From an uncultured virus (IMG/VR IMGVR_UViG_3300030098_005070) (lineage: Duplodnaviria > Heunggongvirae > Uroviricota > Caudoviricetes): 64,000 bases of DNA. The stretch lies in IMG/VR virus record IMGVR_UViG_3300030098_005070; one strand, written 5' to 3'. This document shows positions 58,221-64,000 of the stretch, in pieces. Position 1 is the stretch's first letter. The number at the start of each line of letters is the position of its first letter. Position numbers and translations under genes: made by a program. The notes beneath the pieces were generated by a model. That model searched no databases. It was not told the DNA's origin and saw only the letters and a program-made list of their open reading frames with translations.

Positions 58221-59591
58221 TCAGACACTCCTAAATGCGCTGTTTGCGAGGTTATGTACCTCATCCCAAGACATATTTCCAAGGTCTTCAGTGGATGGAA
58301 CGTCAATTGCCGGAACAGAGTTCTCGCTCTTTGCGATTGTTTCTCCACTCTCAGCAGGAGCAGTTAGACCATCAATTCGCTCGCTTAGAGCGCTGATAGC
58401 CTTTGTAATCTCATCTAGAGGGCCACGAGCATCAAACTCAAGAACTTCATTCTTGGTTATTTCCGCTTCTTTTTCTGTAGCGTATCGGTTTGCAAATTGC
58501 TCTTCTAGAGAGGAGCGTAGTTCAGTCTCAGCCATTGCAGCCTTGTAGACTTCGTATGCAGCCTCTACATCAGCAGTGCCTACCATGTCAGGAGTTAGGA
58601 AATCGCCCTTCTCCACTTTTCCGCTACCAGTAGTCTTACCAACAGCATTAGTGGATGGCTTTCCGCCTTCCTGAGCACGACCCTTTACCTGTCCGGCAAA
58701 GTAGTCAGCACCGTCACCGATTGCTTCAGGTGTTGAACCAAGGTTTGCCTTTTCTAAATCATCGAAGTGTGCTCTTGCACCCTCAATGTCTACTCCAGCA
58801 GACTTTAGAGTTCCTTCCATCCAGTCGAGGTACTCAGATGTTATTACATCCGAATACTCGTCTGACTTCTTGGACTCATCCTTGGACTCAGCCTCAGCAT
58901 CGTCTTTCTTATCCTCGTCTTTGCCTTTCTTGTCTTCCATGTGCTCTTTCAAGCCTTCGGGCATTTCGCCCTTTTCCATAGCGTCAAGGCGACCTTCAAG
59001 ACGGGATAACACGTCAGTCATCTGTGTCATCATATCATTTTCGTCAGTCATTTTACTTACTTCCTTGTTTTCTATATCGTGTTTTAGTATGCGAAAAGTG
59101 GCTTCAGGATTGATGCCACGCTCACAAATCGTGATTTCATGCAGTTCCAGTTTGCTGATTTCTTGGTAATCACCATGCTCAGCATCGGACTTTCGGACAC
59201 GCTTGAAAGCCTGACCTCCAATACTAAAACCACGAAGAGACCCCTTACGAATTTCTGCGGCGACTTCTTTCGCCTTTTCTATATCATCACGAAGAGCAAC
59301 TACAACGAACATTCCGACATCATCTACTTCGGACTTCCATAGTCTACCTTCACTGTCGGTGTAAGAAGGGATAACTTCACCGACTTGGATATTTGAGTGT
59401 GCTAGTTGGACGTTTCTGTATTTCGCATCGCCCATGTACTTTGCAAAAGCGTCTTTCAAGGCTTCTTTAGTGATTTTATCACCTTGCTTGTCAACGACTT
59501 CTACGCTTGCATAACCCGCTACGACGAGGTCTCCACCCTTCAATAGATGGATAGACTTCTCACCCGAACTTCTAAGCGGGGCTGAAAGCAT
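58221..59591 (-). CDS. Prohead protease fused to scaffolding region
   Basis: VAGYASVEVVDKQGD, QLAHS, GFSIGG, EITIC..GINPEA; charged coiled C-terminal half. Confidence 0.9.
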   Translation of the reverse strand: MLSAPLRSSGEKSIHLLKGGDLVVAGYASVEVVDKQGDKITKEALKDAFAKYMGDAKYRNVQLAHSNIQVGEVIPSYTDSEGRLWKSEVDDVGMFVVVALRDDIEKAKEVAAEIRKGSLRGFSIGGQAFKRVRKSDAEHGDYQEISKLELHEITICERGINPEATFRILKHDIENKEVSKMTDENDMMTQMTDVLSRLEGRLDAMEKGEMPEGLKEHMEDKKGKDEDKKDDAEAESKDESKKSDEYSDVITSEYLDWMEGTLKSAGVDIEGARAHFDDLEKANLGSTPEAIGDGADYFAGQVKGRAQEGGKPSTNAVGKTTGSGKVEKGDFLTPDMVGTADVEAAYEVYKAAMAETELRSSLEEQFANRYATEKEAEITKNEVLEFDARGPLDEITKAISALSERIDGLTAPAESGETIAKSENSVPAIDVPSTEDLGNMSWDEVHNLANSAFRSV

Positions 59592-59595
59592 AATT

Positions 59596-59623
59596 AGAAT
59601 TATTTTAATTCTTACTATTTATA
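59596..59623 (-). promoter_or_regulatory. Putative late promoter (TATA box) with palindrome
   Basis: TATAAATA (59623-59616) ends 24 nt before ATG 59591, with no RBS; AGAATTA-N3-TAATTCT at 59596-59612. Confidence 0.6.
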
Positions 59624-59632
59624 TGCAACGGA

Positions 59633-62600
59633 TTAAGACAACTTTTGTTTTTTTTCTTTCAATCGCTTTCTTTCTGCTTTAGGATATGGCTCTTCAGGGT
59701 CTTCAGTAGACCGTTCTCGCATATCCCAATCAGGTACTGTTTGTTCAGAATTGAGAGTAGTCGGACCTCTAGGTGAAGAATTGGGTGTACCCACATCTAT
59801 ACCCATACCTTTAGCACCAGTTGTATTGAACATTTGCTCTTTTTCTATCAAATCCATAGCCCTTTCCATAACTTCTAAGGCTTTCTGCATTTTAGGTTTT
59901 AACAATCTAGATTCATCTTTAGGCTTTAAAATTCCAGCACTTTGTTCTTCTGAAATCTTTTTTCTATGTTCTGTTTCTTCTTCAGAAGGAATTGCCTCTT
60001 CAGTTTCTATAGGTAATTTTTCGACCTTTCCTTTCAACATTAAACTAGCAACTTGCCCCCAATATGGTTTGAGACTTTCACTTAATTCAATACTGTAATC
60101 ACCTAAACCAACATCAGATAGTACAGTTATAGGGCTATCTACCCAATAACCAAGAGATGATTTGTTTAAGGTGTAATATACTTCGTCTTGTGGAAGTGTA
60201 ATTTTTATTTTATCATCTTCAATATCTATGTCGTGTGGAACATGGATTGGTGGTAATGCTTTTGCGATGATAGACAAAGTTTCCATCGAAACCCCACCTT
60301 CTCCCTCACCTTCTCCTACTAAACGACTAATTTGAACATCGTAAACATCTCTATCATATCTAGAAACTCGACTAACTCCGCTAAATCTAACTCTAACAAC
60401 ATCTCCTTCTTCAAACGGCTTATTGCTAGTAACAGTCCCAACATCAACAAATGTTTCCCCTTCTTTCTCAACTGCTCTATTCCCTAGACCTTCTGAATCT
60501 ATTACAGGGCCAGCGCCTAATCTGTAAGTGTAAGGATTATTCCCTCTTCTATCCAAAACAACGAGATTCATATCTTTGTTACGCCTCAACAAAACCCACT
60601 TTGGATGCCTTTTCTCACCACGCATATAGGTACTCTTGCCATCTTTCAAAATCACAGCAGAATGCTCTTTGAGTAAAGTTTCTACTGCATCCTTCAGACC
60701 TTCATCGTCTGTAAATCTAGTATCATGGGGACCAGCAATTAACACTTTTTCGTGACTATCAAATTGACCTCTTAGAATTTTAAATCGCTCTCTAACAGTC
60801 ATTTCCATAACATCTGAACCATCATAATGAAGGATATCACTAATGTGTAAATTTTCTTTTGTTAGAACTCCATCTAATGTGCAATCTTTCTCACCTAAAT
60901 TTTTGACTCCACTTCTAGCCCAATCAGGAATTGCAGTTCTTGTGCCGCTTTCGTCATAAGCAGTAACCCTATTTCCCTTCTTTGTAAGTACTAATCTTTT
61001 ACCTTCGTAGTACTTAGAAATAGCCCAAGAGCCAGTAAATCCTCTTAATTCCTGTAACTGTTTTAATTTGAAAATTCTATGCATTGGTCTAATTGGGGGT
61101 ATCCAACTCGGCTCTTTATCACCTTTCAGCAAAGAATCAGGATTCAGTAATGCTACTGCGTATTCAGCAGGTTCACTTGCTAATAATCTAGCAGGGTCAT
61201 CTAAAATACTCATACTAGTTTGACCTAAAGCGGTTGTAGGAATTTCAACATTACTAAGAGGCTGCTGAAGTGGCTCTCCTTCAGTTAAAGCATATTGATT
61301 ACCATAATCTACTCCAAAAGCAGCAGTTACATGACTAGGGTTTGCTGGCCTAAGTGATTCAGTCTGATTTATAGAATGAAAAGTAGGAGTGCCTGTTTCA
61401 AAAGAAAAGCGACCTTGAGGAGTTACACTTACTCCACTTTTATGTGAAGCGCCGTAGATATTAGTAACCTTAGCGCCTTCTTCATTAAATGAAGTAATTG
61501 GTTGAACTACACTACCTTTGGCCCTTTCCCTTTCAGTTACATGGTCATCAGGTAACTGCGTCCCATCATAAAGAATTAAACCCCTAGAAGCATGAATAGC
61601 ATCACCATGTTGATGTTTTTTAGCGTATTTGTGCCCTAATGAACTAGTAAACGGTGTAGTTCCATCTTCATTCATATCCGCTTCAATTAATGATAACCCA
61701 TGTTCACCAAAACCAGCAGTATCTTTGATACCAGTAACTTTCTTTAAATTACTCAGTGGTGTTGATGTTTTGTATTCAAATGGTGTTTCTTTGTCTATTA
61801 GAGTAATAAGTTCTCCTACTTTTCCTTGAACAGCGGAAATCATTTCATCTAAATTATTAACATCAGCATCTATTCCTAACTCCTCTACCTTTCTTGCAAT
61901 CCTTCTTTTTGCTAATTCAGGATTTCTCTCTTTAGTGCTTTGAATTGATGTAAGTAACCCAATTAAACCCTGCATCTCTCTTTCAGTTGGTCTTAATTTA
62001 CCCATTCTTTCAAATTCAGGAGTGTCTCTTTTGCCTCTTTTTACTGCCTCTTTCATTCTATCTTCTATTGTAGTGTACTTGCTAAATTGACCATGATTAT
62101 CATAAATTTCAGAATCATAATCTTCTTCAATCCCTGACGCTTCATGGGCTATATTCTTTACAGATTGAATAAATCTCTCTTCACCATCAGGAATTGTTGA
62201 AAGTGTTTTATTCAAATGTTCTCTATGCTCAGAATCATTTGGGAAACCTAAATCTTCAATAAAATCATCAATAGAAGTTTTGTTAGTTACTATAAACCCA
62301 TCTCGCATTTTTTGTGATAAACCTCTTACATTTTCATGAACAGGTAAAGATGTTTTTTCTATTCCAAAATCTCTAGTAGTTGGTGATAGTCCCTCAACAC
62401 CCTCATAATATTCACTGGGTAGATGGTGTAAGGCTAAATTAGCATCAGCAAATAAAGCGGCCATATTTTGTTTGAATTTAGGATTATCTACACTCAAAAA
62501 ATCAGGTGGTAAAAATTCAGCAAGATGTTTTACCATATTGATGATAGTTAATGTATCATAATCTAATTTATCGTTGAACGGTCCTGACCTTATTTCTCTA

Positions 62601-64000
62601 CTCGTTTCAACTTTGTTTTCTAATTTAGCCTTATGGTCGCCATTTATTCTTGACATTATGTTCGCTTCGTGTAAAGCATTTCTACCTGAAATACTATCTC
62701 GGTATATTTGATTATCAAACGTTTTAGTATAAATCTCTTCAGCCCTTCTAGTTTCACCAGTATCATAATCGGTAACTAACATATCGGGGTCTAAAATTTC
62801 AGGTAAACCCATTGATATTTGCCCACCATAAGGCTGTCTGCTATCTTTATGTTTGCTATTCAGCCAATCGCTCACCATATGAGCAGTAGTACTTTTTCCA
62901 AATTTTTCAAGCGACTCTTGAGGTGTAAGTCCACTTAAAGCATCAATAAAATTAGGATGGGTTGATTCTGTTAAATTTGTATTTTGAAGTCTTTTAGACC
63001 TACTTAACTGTCTTTTAGGATGTTGAAGTGAGTGTAATGAAAGGGTAGAAGATTCAGGATGTGGGTGAATTAAGAATCCAAATAACCCTTCCAATCCGTC
63101 TTTTACTGAAAATCTAGTTCCATCTATATTAGCAAATAAACCCTCTTCTGTCCCATAAGATGGGTCACTCACCATAGTTGGACCAAGTAAAGCCTCAGCG
63201 AAAATATGCCTATCTATCCCAGCAGCCGGTCCTAAAAATGCAGTAGCAAAATCATTAGCAGGGTAAACTCCACCTAATTCTCTAACAGCATCTTGTATTT
63301 CAGGTGGTAAAGCGAGTAATTCCTTGTGAGGTTTATTACTACTAAAGAAACTAAAACCATCTTCTATTGAGCCTCTTTGAGCACCTATTTTTTGAAAATC
63401 TCCAATATTATCAAGAATTTCATTCATGTGTCTTGAATCTATCAGTGGTCCACTATGGTTTGGATAATGATGCTCACCGGCCTCAATTTCTTTTCCATTT
63501 TTATCAAACCCTAATGAATACAAAAGAGACTCTTTGCTATGTTCTTTTTTCTCAACCTCTTTTTCTTTTAATGTTGAAAACAAAGAGTCACCAAATCCTT
63601 CACCTAAATCTCTTTTTAATTTAGCAAAATCACTCTTTGTGAGTTTAGGGATATGACTTAAACTGCCTGTAAATTCTTCATCTAACCCTAAAGCGTCATG
63701 AATATTTTCTATGGCCCTTTCGACTAGAGGTGTGGTTTCTTCCCCTTCTTGAAAAAATATTTTTCCTTCATTATCAATATGTGCAGAATGTAAAGCCGCT
63801 AATAAAGAGGAGGATTCTTCATAAATTTCGGGTTGTAAGGAATGAAATAAATTAGGTTTTACGTTATTTGGTCCTGAATGAATAGTCGAATTTTCAACAT
63901 GACCTAACATATTCGTTGCTCTCATACGCATATTTCGCTTTAATCTACCCATAGGTAACTCAAAATTATCATCAAATTTTACAAATTGGTCTTTAGAATC
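59633..64000 (-). CDS. Large head-module protein (N-terminus outside window) with C-terminal inactive ATP-dependent ligase NTase+OB domains
   Basis: Frame open to the window edge. SKYYEGKR, LDGVL, ISDILHYDG, RERFKIL, VILKD..STY.RG, KWVLLR follow ligase motif order. Confidence 0.8.
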   Translation of the reverse strand, partial: DSKDQFVKFDDNFELPMGRLKRNMRMRATNMLGHVENSTIHSGPNNVKPNLFHSLQPEIYEESSSLLAALHSAHIDNEGKIFFQEGEETTPLVERAIENIHDALGLDEEFTGSLSHIPKLTKSDFAKLKRDLGEGFGDSLFSTLKEKEVEKKEHSKESLLYSLGFDKNGKEIEAGEHHYPNHSGPLIDSRHMNEILDNIGDFQKIGAQRGSIEDGFSFFSSNKPHKELLALPPEIQDAVRELGGVYPANDFATAFLGPAAGIDRHIFAEALLGPTMVSDPSYGTEEGLFANIDGTRFSVKDGLEGLFGFLIHPHPESSTLSLHSLQHPKRQLSRSKRLQNTNLTESTHPNFIDALSGLTPQESLEKFGKSTTAHMVSDWLNSKHKDSRQPYGGQISMGLPEILDPDMLVTDYDTGETRRAEEIYTKTFDNQIYRDSISGRNALHEANIMSRINGDHKAKLENKVETSREIRSGPFNDKLDYDTLTIINMVKHLAEFLPPDFLSVDNPKFKQNMAALFADANLALHHLPSEYYEGVEGLSPTTRDFGIEKTSLPVHENVRGLSQKMRDGFIVTNKTSIDDFIEDLGFPNDSEHREHLNKTLSTIPDGEERFIQSVKNIAHEASGIEEDYDSEIYDNHGQFSKYTTIEDRMKEAVKRGKRDTPEFERMGKLRPTEREMQGLIGLLTSIQSTKERNPELAKRRIARKVEELGIDADVNNLDEMISAVQGKVGELITLIDKETPFEYKTSTPLSNLKKVTGIKDTAGFGEHGLSLIEADMNEDGTTPFTSSLGHKYAKKHQHGDAIHASRGLILYDGTQLPDDHVTERERAKGSVVQPITSFNEEGAKVTNIYGASHKSGVSVTPQGRFSFETGTPTFHSINQTESLRPANPSHVTAAFGVDYGNQYALTEGEPLQQPLSNVEIPTTALGQTSMSILDDPARLLASEPAEYAVALLNPDSLLKGDKEPSWIPPIRPMHRIFKLKQLQELRGFTGSWAISKYYEGKRLVLTKKGNRVTAYDESGTRTAIPDWARSGVKNLGEKDCTLDGVLTKENLHISDILHYDGSDVMEMTVRERFKILRGQFDSHEKVLIAGPHDTRFTDDEGLKDAVETLLKEHSAVILKDGKSTYMRGEKRHPKWVLLRRNKDMNLVVLDRRGNNPYTYRLGAGPVIDSEGLGNRAVEKEGETFVDVGTVTSNKPFEEGDVVRVRFSGVSRVSRYDRDVYDVQISRLVGEGEGEGGVSMETLSIIAKALPPIHVPHDIDIEDDKIKITLPQDEVYYTLNKSSLGYWVDSPITVLSDVGLGDYSIELSESLKPYWGQVASLMLKGKVEKLPIETEEAIPSEEETEHRKKISEEQSAGILKPKDESRLLKPKMQKALEVMERAMDLIEKEQMFNTTGAKGMGIDVGTPNSSPRGPTTLNSEQTVPDWDMRERSTEDPEEPYPKAERKRLKEKKQKLS

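Larger units (their letters stand above)
1..64000. mobile_element. Partial genome of an archaeal tailed virus (magrovirus-like; probable Marine Group II/Poseidoniales host)
   Basis: Archaeal-type replisome (PolB, PCNA-like, RFC, PriS-PriL, MCM-like, XPF) plus group II chaperonin on +. Prohead protease, capsid, tail and fibre genes on -. GGAGATGA/GAGGTGA ribosome-binding sites. No cellular housekeeping genes. Confidence 0.9.

Noticed and set aside
1..64000. tRNA/rRNA genes, integrase, terminase, portal
   Set aside because: None recognised by eye. Terminase and portal probably lie outside the window, and a tRNAscan-SE run would be needed to exclude tRNAs.

Overview
The window is 64 kb of a tailed dsDNA virus of archaea (Caudoviricetes). 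Gene content and order best match the 'magroviruses' of Marine Group II Euryarchaeota (Poseidoniales); this assignment is from recalled family knowledge, with no search run. The + strand (1-21.6 kb) carries small accessory genes and a DNA methyltransferase, then an archaeal-type replication module. That module contains a PC4-like protein, a degenerate ATP-dependent ligase, RFC small subunit, probable SSB, P-loop ATPase, PCNA-like clamp, PolB, MazG-like pyrophosphatase, Cas4-like nuclease, fused PriS-PriL primase, ERCC4/XPF nuclease, MCM-like helicase, DnaQ-like exonuclease and a group II chaperonin. The - strand (64 kb down to 22 kb) carries the morphogenesis module: a >1455-aa protein ending in an inactive ligase fold, prohead protease/scaffold, major capsid protein, adaptor, tail tube, chaperone pair, a very short tape-measure candidate, a 5.5-kaa LamG-tipped giant protein, hub and three related fibres. 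Most notable observations: (1) two independent ligase homologs lacking catalytic motifs, one in a head-module protein and bracketed by putative maturation-protease motifs; (2) a 37-bp promoter-like repeat in three copies; (3) a GC-rich H-type pseudoknot abutting a ribosome-binding site; (4) a candidate -1 frameshift in the tail chaperones; (5) apparent avoidance of GATC, AGCT and CCWGG; (6) an HTH-containing methyltransferase probably starting at ATT. All calls come from reading motifs by eye.
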